Positions 1 through 13,276 of a stretch of DNA of 64,000 nt are shown in pieces; the first letter of the stretch is position 1, and every line of letters begins with the position of its first letter. The stretch lies in assembly GCF_000181795.1 (NCBI RefSeq), contig NW_003526943.1:684487-748486 (forward strand). The letters run 5' to 3'. Made by a program: the position numbers and the translations under genes. Source of the DNA: Trichinella spiralis. Taxonomy: Eukaryota. The notes under the pieces are model-generated. The model was not told the origin of the DNA, did not search any database, and saw only the letters and a program-made list of their open reading frames with translations.

Positions 1-1693
1 TAATCATTTCCTGAAGTGTTCCACATGAAATAAAATTCAGTAAATAGATATTATATAAAAAGTTTGAATAAATTACAATATAATATAAAATAATATAATA
101 TAATATAATATAATATAATATAATCATTTAAAACTGCTTTTAAAAATGTCATTGTAAAATTACTTAATGATCATTTGAATAATTTATGCATTTTTAGATA
201 TTGTGAAATTAATATATGAATTTTAATACAGGAACGACTATAAAAATATGATTTTCAGTTTAAATAAATATTTATTACAAAACTGTTGATTTCAAATAAC
301 AAACCATTTTCATTTAAGAAAGATTCACAATAACTTCTTACTAGAAGTTGCAAAATTTTAAAAGCTATTTATAATGGATATGTTAATTTCAAATATCATA
401 ATTTTTTATGTTAATGAGCAATAATATCTAATTAATGCAAGTCTGTGTAAAAAAATTTGCAAATAAATGTGCGTTCTGCACTGTAGTTGATAATGTAGAC
501 ACTTCCATATGTAGATACGCTTCACAATTCAGTTTCTGTTTACTTTAATCCTGAACCTCTCCAGAGATCAAGTCTGTCACAGAAATTGTTTGTAAATACT
601 ATAAGAAGCAGTCTGTTTGTTTAATGTCTTCATGATAACATCTTTTTAATTGTCATTTTATTGCGACACAATTATATTTCCTTATTAATTTTATACCGCT
701 AATTGCATAAACAAATTTAACTAATAAAAAGAGTGAATATATGAGTGAAAAATAGGTTTGTTCATTTGCATATTTTGCGTTATTAATACAACTATTGTTA
801 ATATATTGGTAAGAAACTTCATTTGTTAATGAAGTTTTTCCTAAAAAAAATGTTCATAAATGAAACGAAAAAAATCTTTTGTTTTGAAAATTTGTAATAA
901 TGAATACAGTATTTTCATACGTGGGTTAGCCGAATTATTATCTGTACTCAAAAGAAATGGGCCTGAAAGGAAATACGTTTCATTGTGTAGGTGTATAGAG
1001 AATTTTAAAATTTAACTGGCCAGCAGTTTCACTTTCCGCTTCAATATAAATATTAAGTAAATAATAGTGCTTAAACAAATAGATCTGGGCAAAATAAGTC
1101 AAAAAAGGGTAACATTAATAGTTTCAAATAATGATGTCCAAATTGATCAGCAGAAACTATGCTCATTGATTTGGGTGAAATAATCCGGCGGAGAAGAGTT
1201 ATTAGATGAACGCGTGAACTCTATTGGAAACTACTACTGGTCAGTCAGATGAAACGACTTCTCTACGGATAAGAATCGACTACTTCTTAAATGTAATTGC
1301 TGCTGCGTGATTAATTTAAATCTAAGACCTACAAAAAACTTATTCTTCACTAGCCACATTATCCAAGAAAGCTCACTTCCGTGTAATCGGAGTAAACGAT
1401 TCTGATCGAATCCCTTAACTTCTACAATTACCTGCAACTGGATACTATCACGCACACAAACACTTTAACGTAGGCGTTGTCAGAATTGAAAACGCACAAA
1501 TTGCTAGAAGATCAGTATTAAGCGCAGTATACTTTTGCTTCATCCTTCCTTGTTGTTCGAAAACTTTTCAATTTTACATATCTTCACAACAGTAACAATT
1601 ATTGGCAAGGTAAAGTCTTATGTTAATGACTGATCAAAAAGTTAAGAAACAATACTTTTTGCTTTCTTATTTAGAATCTGGAATTTGGAAAAA

Positions 1694-2236
1694 ATGGACT
1701 TAAAGATAAAAATTCGAATAATTTTTTTTCTAATTGGAATGGCGTTGTTCTCTGAAGCGAAACCAGCTTCGCTGGCTCGATATGGGCGTGCAGCATTGCC
1801 ACGTTATGGAAAAAGAGCTGAACTGATCAGTAAGAATTTTTATGATTATTTATAAAATAATTATATTGTAAAATTTATATATTTATAAAATTGCAAAATT
1901 ACACCACTTATATATTTGTTTTCATTTGTTATATATATTCGATGTTTACTTTCAATGGAAATGTAAATTTAAATCATGAGATTTCTGTTTAATTCATGTT
2001 TATTTCAGATCTGTGAATGAAAAATAGTCATAATTGTTAATTTTATCATAAAAATTCATAATCTTTAAATTATTTGTTTAAACGTTTAAAAGAAAATTTT
2101 TTTAACACATTTGAGTTGAGCTCATGTTGTTTCAGGTGGCTTAGATGCAATGAGGGACGAAGTAACAGAATTCAAAAACAGTCCTTGCGTCTACACTGGC
2201 TATGAAGATTTATATCGATGTTCTTCAATGACATGA
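1694..2236 (+). CDS. lury-1: Luqin/RYamide-type neuropeptide precursor (2 coding exons: 1694-1829, 2136-2236)
   Basis: Spliced translation is MDLKIKIRIIFFLIGMALFSEA-KPASLARY-GR-AALPRY-GKR-AELISGLDAMRDEVTEFKNSPCVYTGYEDLYRCSSMT*. It has a signal peptide, two RY-Gly amidation/cleavage units and a C-terminal C-x10-C. The GT-AG intron is phase 1 and in frame. Confidence 0.92.
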
Positions 2237-5200
2237 ATTCCCTCTATTGTTCTTCATTTCTCTGAATTGTGATTCAATGCTAGCATTATTTGAGTACTAT
2301 ATACTCATTAATTTTCTGGTAACATTGGTACTTCATAAATATTGATGATGATCTATTAAAAATTTAGTAACCGTGGAATATTTAAATTTTTATTTTTATT
2401 TTAAAACTGTAGTTTTAACTTGGAAATATGCATATGCATTTGATGAGCAAAATAAACTGTGATTGACACTTTTGCACAATCCATTATAACTATCAGTATC
2501 ATTAATATATAAATGCATATTGTTGAGAATTACAGTTCATAACTATCTAAAAAAGTTTCTATTAAACAATGTACATGTTATTTTTTAAAATTGTGTGTTT
2601 TACATAAATTAAGATATATATACAATTTACATTTTATATGATTTAACATTTTAAATTATATTTAAACATATTGTTATGAAACAGTTAAATTTATGGAGCT
2701 GTCAGTTAAGTATGCTAAACTGATCATATTTTTATACTTCTTAATATTAACTAATACATTTATTTAATTTATTAATTTTTATTCAGAATGCCTTGTATTT
2801 CTGAATTTATGAAATATAATTTGGCTTGGTGACAATTAATAAGCTTTTGTATTACTACTCTACAACAAGAATATTTTTCAAAATGAATCTTGTGGATTTT
2901 TTGCAAATGAACGTATTTAAGTTCTTAATTTCAGTTCAGTAAGCAGCTGCAAGTAAGTTGAAAATATTAAAAATAAAGAATTTATAAAAATAAATGAAAT
3001 GTCAAGAAAAATTTTTGGAGTCGCAAAGATGAATGTTTAAATAAATGATATAGTGGCAAAACTTTTGAATAGTTTATACCTTCAATGTGGGAACAACGGC
3101 GTTGCTTTATAATCCAAACGTTTGAATAACACTATAAGCCATTAAAAGAGATTTAAAAAATCTAGCCAATATTTTTAAAATGCATCAATTTGAATTCATA
3201 ATTCAGTACGCATTTTCATTTTAAGTAAATTCTTCAATTTAATTCCAAATCAATTTCTCATAATAATATTTTTTTGACTTGCAATTATATTTCTTATAAA
3301 TAATTAGCTGGAATCAGTATAATTCATTTGAAATAACATATTTATATAATTCATTTTTTATGTAAATATTTGCATAGTAAAAGAAATTACATGACATTAT
3401 TGTGTAATTATATGCATGTCCCAATAGACTTTTAGAAGAAAATTTTTAAATATTGAATAATTTTATTTTATTTCTCATATATTCAAATTTAGAAAAATCT
3501 CCAGTATTTTGCTTTTTACTTTAATTATTTATCTGCTTTGGTGGTACTAGTATTATATTTTAAAATGACGTTGCATAATCTTGCTTTTGCTGCAGGTTAA
3601 TGAAGTATATCTTTAATTTAAAATTTCTGCAACAAATATAAAAGCAATAAAAACGCCTTGACAATACAAAAATTTAATAATCCATATCTAATCTTTAATT
3701 CTTAATCTCACAGCAGACATTTTAATATTAAAAAATGCAAAGAATAATATGCCATATAGGCGCTCTGAGTACATACCAATTGCTGCAAGCAAATTATGTA
3801 ACGTAGCACTTATTGTAACCAAGCTAATACTAAATTCTAAAGTAATAAAATATTGAAAAATTAAAAAGTAAAGCGTATGTAAATTTTATTAAAAAATTAA
3901 AATCACCCAATTATCAATCAGAAATTCACAGTTCTTTCAAACTTGGCTACCTAGCTGTCATATCATCAGTACACAAAAATTTACATTAAAAAAATTAATG
4001 AATAACATTTCATGAAAATAATATTATCACAATAAAAAATTTTTTATGGCACTACTTTTGATTCTGTTTATCACATTTGAAATTTTACTATTCCCTAGTT
4101 ATTTAAAATTAGGTTATAAAGTAAATTTTAATCTATGCAAAAGAATGAATGTTCATCTTTTGCATAAAACATCAGCATCAACAAATGAATTACAAAACAC
4201 AGGAACTATATTTGTTGAAGCCGCTTTCGTTGTTAATAAAAAGTGGGAAAATATTTTGATTATTCATGAATAATTATGCAGCTTACTTGAAAATATCAAC
4301 ATTTAAACGCATGCATCATATTGATGTACCACTTTTAGTTATGTACCAAATGAAATATTCAATGTAATTTATTAATTTTGAATTATCATAAAAATTATTT
4401 CATTATTCAGACAAGGAAATCTTAACTTTTCAGTGTATTATTTGTTAATAAATTGTTGATGAAGCGGACATTATTTATTATAAACTACTTAGACACAGCT
4501 ATAAAACAATGCCTTTAAAATTATTATGGAAAGAAGTAATTCTTTGAATTTAATGACTAAGAATAATGCTTAAAATAATGTGTTGCACCAAAGCGCATCA
4601 TGCTTCATTGCTTACTTAGTATAAGCAAATAAAATATTTTACGATACAGCAGATGCTTCTATTAATTGTAATTATTGGCGGCAGCGACACAGGGGTGAAG
4701 AAATCAATTTTATTTTCATGTAATAAAGCATCAATTACTTTATTTGAATAAACAAAGGTGAGATCTCATTGTGAAATTGTGAAAATATTGTTTCTGTTCA
4801 ATTTATATAAAATTCACATCGCCTTACTAAGCTAATTTTACTAATTAATTATAAAACCAAATTTTCATAATTGAAAACTATTCGTCTTGCAAAAATTATC
4901 AAATTGTGACCAGCACTTATTGTTACACCAATGAAAAAAATCAAATAAATATAGAACTTTATGCATCTTCATTGAATATATAATGAAATTTATGCTGTGA
5001 CACAATAATTTTATGAGCTAAATAACTTTTGAAAGTTTATTTTTTATTTAACAACATGAACAGTTTTAGTAATATTAACTGTAAATGATGATACATAGAT
5101 TTCAATGCCTGCAATTAGCATTTTGAGAAGCAATGCTTTCTTTATTCATGCTTCTAAAAGAAATGGCGAAATTTAAGGGTGTATATCACATTTTAAATTT

Positions 5201-6484
5201 AATGTACGAAAATTTGAATTGCATAAGAATTCTTAAAAATTTTTTTTCTACAAAACAAAGAACTTCAGATTGCTTTAAACATGAAAATACTGAAACGCCT
5301 CATTATTATCTGAAATTCATACATGAAAAGAGATGTTTGAGGAGAAAACTTATCTGACGTCTCATTTTTTATGAACAAAAATATATTTTTTCAAAAATCT
5401 TATAGAGCTTGTAAAATTGTAATTTGAAAAAAACTAGAAAAAATAGTTTAACAGCATCTTTTTATAATGCATTGAAAAATTGTCTGTATAATATGAAATG
5501 TAGCAGAAATTGTTTTGCTGGCAGTCTCTACTCAAAAAAGTGCAAAAAAGAGTTTATGCGTCAAGCAGCATTTGAGTTGTTTATACATGGAAAATAAAGT
5601 ATTTTTCCTTTTCTTTCAACATAAATATGCTAATATTTTATGCATTTCTCTGTTCAAATGCAGTATTTGTTCAATTTACAGAATAATTTCGTTTACATTT
5701 TGAGAATGCAAAAAATTTTTGCGAATTTTCAAAATATTTGAATAAGAGAAAATTAAAAAGTCAAAATAAAAAAACTGCCATTAAATTAAATTGAATTTTT
5801 TCTTTTTGTAAGGAAATGTTTGTGTTTAGATTTTTAGAAAGTTTTATTAAATTTTTCTTGAACTTTATAAATTTGAAAAATAATTTATACTCAAAGATAA
5901 TTCATTAATAATTTCAAATAAGATAATTTACGCATTATTGCTGTTAAAAAATATTCATAAATTATATTTTCTGTAATATATTAAAAGTAATAAAAGCTGT
6001 TTTAATATAAAAAATAACAAAGTATTCGTTTAAAAGACAATTTAGTTCAAATACACTGATGTTTTTAAAGTGTTATGCATTAGTGCATAAGATGTTGACA
6101 TTTTTCCACTTTAATGCTTTGATGTCATATTTATTCAAATGAAAAGTTTGATATTTTTAAAGTAAATATACTGATTATAAAGTAGGTTAAGATTCATTAT
6201 TAGAACTATCATTTTTAATTAGATTTAAAAAATTCATTTTTTCTTCGAACTGTAAAACAAATGCATCAGTGGAGTGCCTTACAGTAAAATATTTAGCTAG
6301 TCGTATAATGAGACTAAGCATTTTCTGTAATAATTATTCTTTTCGAAAGTTTTACCAATCATATATTGGATGAAATTTAGATATTAAATAGAAAATTTTA
6401 ATTGTGCATTTTAAATTAATATTTCTTAATTTACTTGAAATGTTTTTGTATATTTAATTTTATGATTATAATGAATTATTGTAG

Positions 6485-6731
6485 AAAACTGTCCTGTTGC
6501 TGTTTGTGAATACTTGTGTAAAACGTTTGAATTTTTTTCAGAAACTGTCCATATTGTGAATGCAGCGGTAAAGAGATAGCATAATAAGAAAGGTTGTTAG
6601 CAAGTTTCACTTTTAGGTTTAAAATTTATTGAGAACCTTATTTTTAAGTATTATAAACTGTAGTTATATACATAGAAAGTATATGTGAAAATTCCATTTG
6701 TTACTACACAGCGTTAGACGCTTTTCGTTAA
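6485..6731 (+). pseudogene. Decayed copy of the antistasin-like Cys-rich gene at 9081-9673
   Basis: NCPVAVCEYLCKTF..NCPYCEC and SICENSICYYTALDAFR* align with 9441-9673 and share the intron position. There is a frameshift in a T7 run, a CGA-to-TGA stop and further indels in exon 2. Confidence 0.7.
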
Positions 6732-9080
6732 TTAGTAAATCTGACCTGTAAAATTAATGAGCTATATTTTTGAAAAAAATTATTTTTTATCTCATGCAAT
6801 TCATTGGTCAAATTTAACATTGTTGTCTTATTTGTAAAAAACATTATGATTTGTGTTCGTAAAATGCTTGATTTTTTTTGAAGAAAATGTTCAGTATTCA
6901 ATTTCTAAAAGAAATACTTGCTTACTCACTGCTAACGACATTTCTATTTGTTACTAATGAACTACAAGGATTAAAGTTGGCGAACATCCAAGCGTTTCAA
7001 GTCTTTATTGAAAAACATTAAAATGCTAAAATGGCCTCTCTAATGTCCTGCTTTTGTGAGCATAATTTTGATGGTGTTCTTTGAGTGGAAAAAATTAAAG
7101 GTTCAATTTCCAATTCTTGTCTTTGTAAATTTCAAATCACTGCAGTTGCCAAATTATTGAACAACTACTGAAGCATTGCTAATAATGCTTTATATGATGA
7201 TTTTGTTAAAATTTTTATTTTGACAGTAATAAATAAAAGAAATAGTTCAAAAAACAAATTTTCATAACATTACACTGATTTTGTTAAAATGAAAACTGCT
7301 ACGTGCTTTTTATTTTGACAAGTTTTTCATTGAAATAACAGTTATCTTTTTTCTTTTATTTTTTGCTTATCATATTCTTCACTATCATCAGAATTGAAAG
7401 TGGCAGAATAAATGCTACTTTGTTATAATTATTGATAACCGAATTTTACAATAAATTTCAATAATATCCTACGTAATAACAACTGGATTACAATTTAAAC
7501 AATAATAATAGCAGAAATGAATTACTGAAATTCAGGAAACTTTTTTATGAAATGGATGTGAATTTTCAAAAAAAACAACTGTATATTTTTTAAGCTATTT
7601 TCCATGTTAATAAAAGCTGTTTATTAAAATTGAGCTAGTTATGGAATAGAAATTAGTGAAATGGAGCGCGTCAACGTTTTCCACACAACAGTTGGTAAAT
7701 CGTCATGTTATGTCGGCACTGGAGACATTTATGACTATCATATACAATTATCCATTTTGCAATGTGAGATTTGTTGATAAATATTATTAACAATTCATGA
7801 AACATTTCAATGTGATTCAGTAATAATTTGCTAACATTGTCTTCTTGAATTATTTGTGGAACAATAGCAAATGGTCATTTTATGCAATTGATATTTGTTA
7901 AAATGGTTTCACTTTTTCCTATAATAAACAAATTGTTAGCCATATGAGAAAAGTATACTTATCAATATGAATTATTCATTTAAAAACAAATCATAAAACA
8001 AATAACACTTTGAAAAAGTTTACATTTTGCTGGTTTCACAGTACGCATTTGTTTTCTATGCTACTGAAGCCAGTTAGCATGCAATATTCATTAAAAGTAA
8101 AAAGCAAAATTATTATTCAATAATTTTTTTAAAAGTAATAAACCGGTCCTGATCATATTATCAATTTTCATAAAATGTTAGTGTAATAATTTTTTCTATT
8201 AAATGACAAATAGTTGTATGAAAATGAATTTGCTAATTTTACTTTTAATAATAAGTAAGTATGATTTTTATTTATTTTTATGCATATTACAGTTTATTTT
8301 TGCTTCAACAGTTCTTACTCACGAAAATGGAAAAACAGTGAAATCAATATTTTTATTGACAATCACTGAGTAAGTAATTATTTACTTGAAAAACATAAAA
8401 TAAAATAAGACTTAAGTGTCTCTTTCTCCTTCTACAATTCATTTTTTCAACATAACTATATATAATTGAAGCATTTCACATATTCAAAAGAAATCAGCAT
8501 GTTTTTTAATTTATGGAATTTTTGCTTTTATTATTTTTGCAAATAGATTAAGTTTATTTTATGAAACAAATAATTAATATCGCAATTTAAGTTGGCATTA
8601 TGGGCTGAGATTAGAAAGTGCCAAATTAAAAGTTAAAACAAAAAACTTGCCATTTAATTAATTTTAAATAAATGTAAAAGAAATTTTTAGATAGTTTTGT
8701 ATTGCGTTTTTAAATTTAAACTCATCGATGTATTCTGTAGATTATTCATTAGTATTTTTAATACACAAGTATGAATAACGCATCTTCAAAGTAACTTTCA
8801 CAAATTATGCTCTCCATAATATATATACTGTTGCCATTGAAAAATTTCTTTTAATTTTTCAACGTATGCTAAAATAATATAATATCTAAATGTTGATATA
8901 AAAGAGAGTTGCGTTCAAACCGGAATGTATTTTTTTAATTAGATGCTTTTATTTTTCCACTTTAATGTTTTAAATTTTTATTTATTCAGATACCACTTGC
9001 AAAGGACAGATTTGTTACTGCTATTGGATGAAGCTTCATTTTAGAAACTAGCATAAAACATTGATGCTTTATTTTTGTAG

Positions 9081-9673
9081 CTTGCACAGTTGTACATGAT
9101 ATCGCTTTTAGATTACAAGTAAGTGGCTCAAGCGAAGAAGCATACATTAATGGGATACGGTACGAAAGGAAGTTCAGTGCAATTTATGTAAAAAGTAAGT
9201 ATTTTTGAAATTGTTGGTGCCCGGCATTCTTTCAGAAACTTTTTATAATTTTACTTTTTGCATAAAATATTAACTATAATTTAACTTTTCTGCATAAAAT
9301 CACTTGCATAAAATACCTACGTATTAACTATGTAAATTCATTACAGTACTTTTGTTTTATTTTATATTATATTTATGATTTTTCAGTTTTTTCATTAATT
9401 AATAAATTTAATTTAATTTTATGACAACAAATTTTTACAGAAAACTGCCCAATTGCTGTTTGTGAAAGGCCATGTGCATCATTTCAAATGTTCAGAAACT
9501 GTCCTTACTGTGATTGCAATGGTAAGAAAATAATGAAATATAAAATCTGATAATGAATTGCATTTGTAGGATTTATTTATCGAGAGCCTTGTATAAGTAT
9601 GGAAGATTGTAGGTTCGGCGGTGTCTGTGAATACTACATTTGTCGCTATACATCAACCAATGCATTGTTTTAA
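9081..9673 (+). CDS. Small Cys-rich protein: antistasin-like module plus 4-Cys module (5' exons uncertain)
   Basis: Exon 9441-9521 reads NCPIAVCERPCASFQMFRNCPYCDCN (C-x4-C-x3-C-x8-C-x2-C-x-C). Exon 9570-9673 reads GFIYREPCISMEDCRFGGVCEYYICRYTSTNALF*. Exon 9081-9194 joins in phase 1. A possible signal-peptide exon MKMNLLILLLII lies at 8218-8254. Confidence 0.6.
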
Positions 9674-10295
9674 CCGGTCAATTTAACAATTATATCAAAT
9701 CATACAATTCTATAGAAATGTAGCGCATATAGTCGTGCATTAATTTCAGGCACTTGACTGATTAAATTTAAATAAAGTAATTGTTCGACAAAGTTCTGTT
9801 TTGATGCCCAAGTAAAGAGCATTCTTTGGCGTTTCGATAAAAACTTGTATGGCTAATGTCGTTTGATTGTAAAACAATAGTTTTTTTGTGTTTTATAGAT
9901 TACTGGTTACAGAATAATGTAACGATTGGTATTTTATTCAAGAAGCACAATTTTATTTGTAATAACAGTATAGCCAATAATGCGTTGTACTTTATTACTG
10001 TACTATATTTTAGCAAAGTTAAATTATAATGCGCCTCTAATAATGGCATTTCATTTGTAAAAATATCATTTGTCACACTACAATAAAAATGAATATAAGT
10101 AATCTTTTCGATGCTTAATTTCTTCTGAAAAAAAAGTTTAAGCGCTCAATTTATAAATATTATTTTTATAACACATTGAGGCACTTTTATTGTGCTTTCA
10201 TTATCAATTTTATTTCAAAAGTATTCAATATATAATTTATTATATTCTGCAAAGTTTATGACATTCTTGTATGTTTCATATAAAATGCTGAAAGA

Positions 10296-13276
10296 TTAAA
10301 ATTTTGAAATAATATCTGTCAGCAACCCTTTTTCACAGTTCATGATTTCCCCGAACCATGAATTTGGTCTGATTGTGTACTCTTCTTCTCCCCCTTCAAA
10401 CAGTAAGCAATCTTTTTCTTGTGTATAATTAAATGCCCTGCAGCTTTGTTCCTTATTAAAAAAGCGACATTTACGGATGCAATCAACAATTGTACTTGAA
10501 TATACTTTCCTCAGCAGTTTCCAACCGCCGACGTTTGAACTTATAAAAAATTCAATGACACAAACTTCTTGGTCTTCTTCTATATAAAATTTTAAAGGCT
10601 CTGGGTTTCCATTTCTTAAATCATATCTGTCTAAAATCAAGAGCAATTCATTTGAGCATCAATTGCAATCGTTTCATATAATACATTAATAATGTGCTTC
10701 AAGGTGAAGATTTTATAAATTTCAAAAATACTAGAAAAATAGTTTTATTTATTTCAGTAATGCATAAAATGAAATTGATCAGCAAATAACATTTGAATAT
10801 CATATTTCTAAGAAGAATTCCATTCCTAAGAAATTATGTGTGCTTTGACAAAGAAATATAATTTCAGTATTAAATTAAACACATTAGAGCAAAGGCATTA
10901 AAATTGAAAGAGATTCTTTAAAATGTTCAAATGCGTATATCAAGTAATTTAACTTTAACATAAACGTTAAACCATAGCATTTAATGAAAAAATTCTAAAA
11001 CCACTAAGAATATCACATACGCTTACCTGAGGTACATTGCCGCAGTTCAATAAGACGCATCTTTAGTCTAGGAAGGCGTCTGGCAGTTCCTTGTGTATTT
11101 AATTCAATTACTGCACATTTGTGAGTAATTCTTGAATACTGAACTGCTCTATAGGGCCACTCAGGTAACATATTGCGACAAAGATGTAAACAGTAATTCA
11201 GTGATCGAACGTTGGTGAAAACATCCTTTACCGCTAACCGCGTGGAGTTGAACGTTTTTAACATTTTAACAATACAAACTTCATAAAAATTATAAAGATT
11301 TACTGCAAATTCTTCCTCGGTGGGTGTAAATGAGATGGGAGGAACTGTTTCATCAATAGAATATTGATCCACATCTTAAAAATTACTTGTCTTATAAGTA
11401 AAAAAGCATAATATTCCATTTTTACTTTATCACAAAATATCTTTAAAAAGTTAAAATTAAAAAAATGTTAAAGCCGTCATATTTAATATGTTACAACATT
11501 ATTAATTAATAAATTAAATCGAATTTCTGCTTAATAAGTCGCAAAATGGTCAGTTAAAAGTGACAACGAAATAACTTTAAGGACAATAAATTTCATTTTA
11601 AATTGCCTTAAATTAACTTTAAAGTGAGCATACCTGCCCTATATTTGCTTTCTTTATTCTAGTTCCCTTATTATTTGGTTAAATCACAGGATTTCTTTAA
11701 ATAAAATCAAAATCTACATATCAACTTCAGTAAAAATTTAATGCAAAACTTTACTCTTTTGCATTTTTTAGATGCTGCATTTTCTTTTAGACGTATTTAA
11801 AAAACTTTTGTGTATATGATATTATTGCTACCTTACGAATATTATAAAACAAAATTTTGATGATGATCAAATTATTAGCAATGGTGAATATTTCATTAAC
11901 TAAAATTATGATTAAAAACATTTTTTCCTGAAATTAGTAATAAAAATTTGAGGTGTATTAACAATCAAAATTAAAATTAAAATCACGTACGTTGAGACTG
12001 TGTCGAAATCACATTTGAAATTCTGAGAAGATATGGAAGGCTCTTATTGCTTGGAATTTCCAAAGTATGTACTTGAATTTCATCTGAAATTTTTTTGCTT
12101 ATTTTCTGTCATACAAAATAATTAGCCATAATTGTTACTAATAATGAGTTGATGAAATTATTTTCATAAGATGAAAATTTGACAACTAAAGTTCGACAAT
12201 TTTAACAATAACTTATTAAAGGAATTGATTTATTAAAATATGCTTAAAATTTTAATGTTGAATTTCAGTTAAAAATAAGTGAATTATAATGTTTCAAATT
12301 TACACTTAATAAATAGCTTAATAACTAAAAATACTTAAGAAATAAATACCTCTAAAACTGAGGTACAAGATGTAAAATGCGGTTCCATTTTCTTCAGCAC
12401 CGGGATAAAGAGTTGGAAATGACGAAAAGGAATAAAAACTACAACTTTTTGTTCCCCTCGTGTAAGTGACAGCATTGCAATTATTAAGCTGACTGGTATG
12501 GTCACAAATGATTACACAACTTTCAGCAGTTGGAGTTGTAAATGTTCGAATAAGCAGAGCATCTGAAAAAACATCTTTCCTTGTTTTTTGGTAAAAATAT
12601 TTTTTCCTATGTCGTTCTGCACTAGAAATATAAACAGTAGAGTCCAGAATACTTTCATCCATATTTGCTGATTCTGCGTTAAGAAGCAAATCAATATTCC
12701 CTACAATTTAATATGAATCTTTGTATTATTTACAATCAAAAGACTAAACTTGAAACAAATTATGATGCAAATATATTAAAGTTATAATTTTCAGGAAATT
12801 TATTTGTTTCAAATTGAAGATCAAACTAATATATACGGATTAGAATTTAATTTTTTTCAAATTACCTCCTTTGCATTCATAGATGAAAACAATGTCCAAA
12901 AACATGTCACCATCTGAATGTAAATCTGACTCTGACACGTTCATTACAAGGCAAGATTGAGTATCAGGAAAATAAAACACTGCATTGCATTCTTTATGAA
13001 AGGAAGCATTTACACATAGTCGAATGCATCTGGCATAGGAAACCCTTGCATGTGCTTCATTAGTACAGTGTTCTATATCACCACGATATCTTGCTGATCC
13101 AAACAGGCATGACAAATTTTCTTCTTCTAAATAGCCACTGAATAGTAGAGCATCGGTTACCTAAAAAAACAAATTATTATTATTAACACTGCAGCATAAA
13201 TAAGCAGTCGCTGAAATACATTTCTTACCAATACTATGGAAAACATCATTAAAAACGTTTCACAGAAGGCTATCAT
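10296..13276 (-). CDS. Secreted protein with four PAN/apple-like domains, paralog A
   Basis: Signal exon MIAFCETFLMMFSIVL (13276-13229) splices to VTDALLFSG. Four exons carry the C..CxxxC..C-x-A-[VF]-x-[YF]..C..C pattern (ORFs 12840, 12318, 11013, 10296), with short linker exons between. Confidence 0.8.

Noticed and set aside
4046..5703. Short AT-rich ORFs (4046, 5133, 5515)
   Set aside because: Composition is typical of random AT-rich intergenic frames, with no motifs or splice support.
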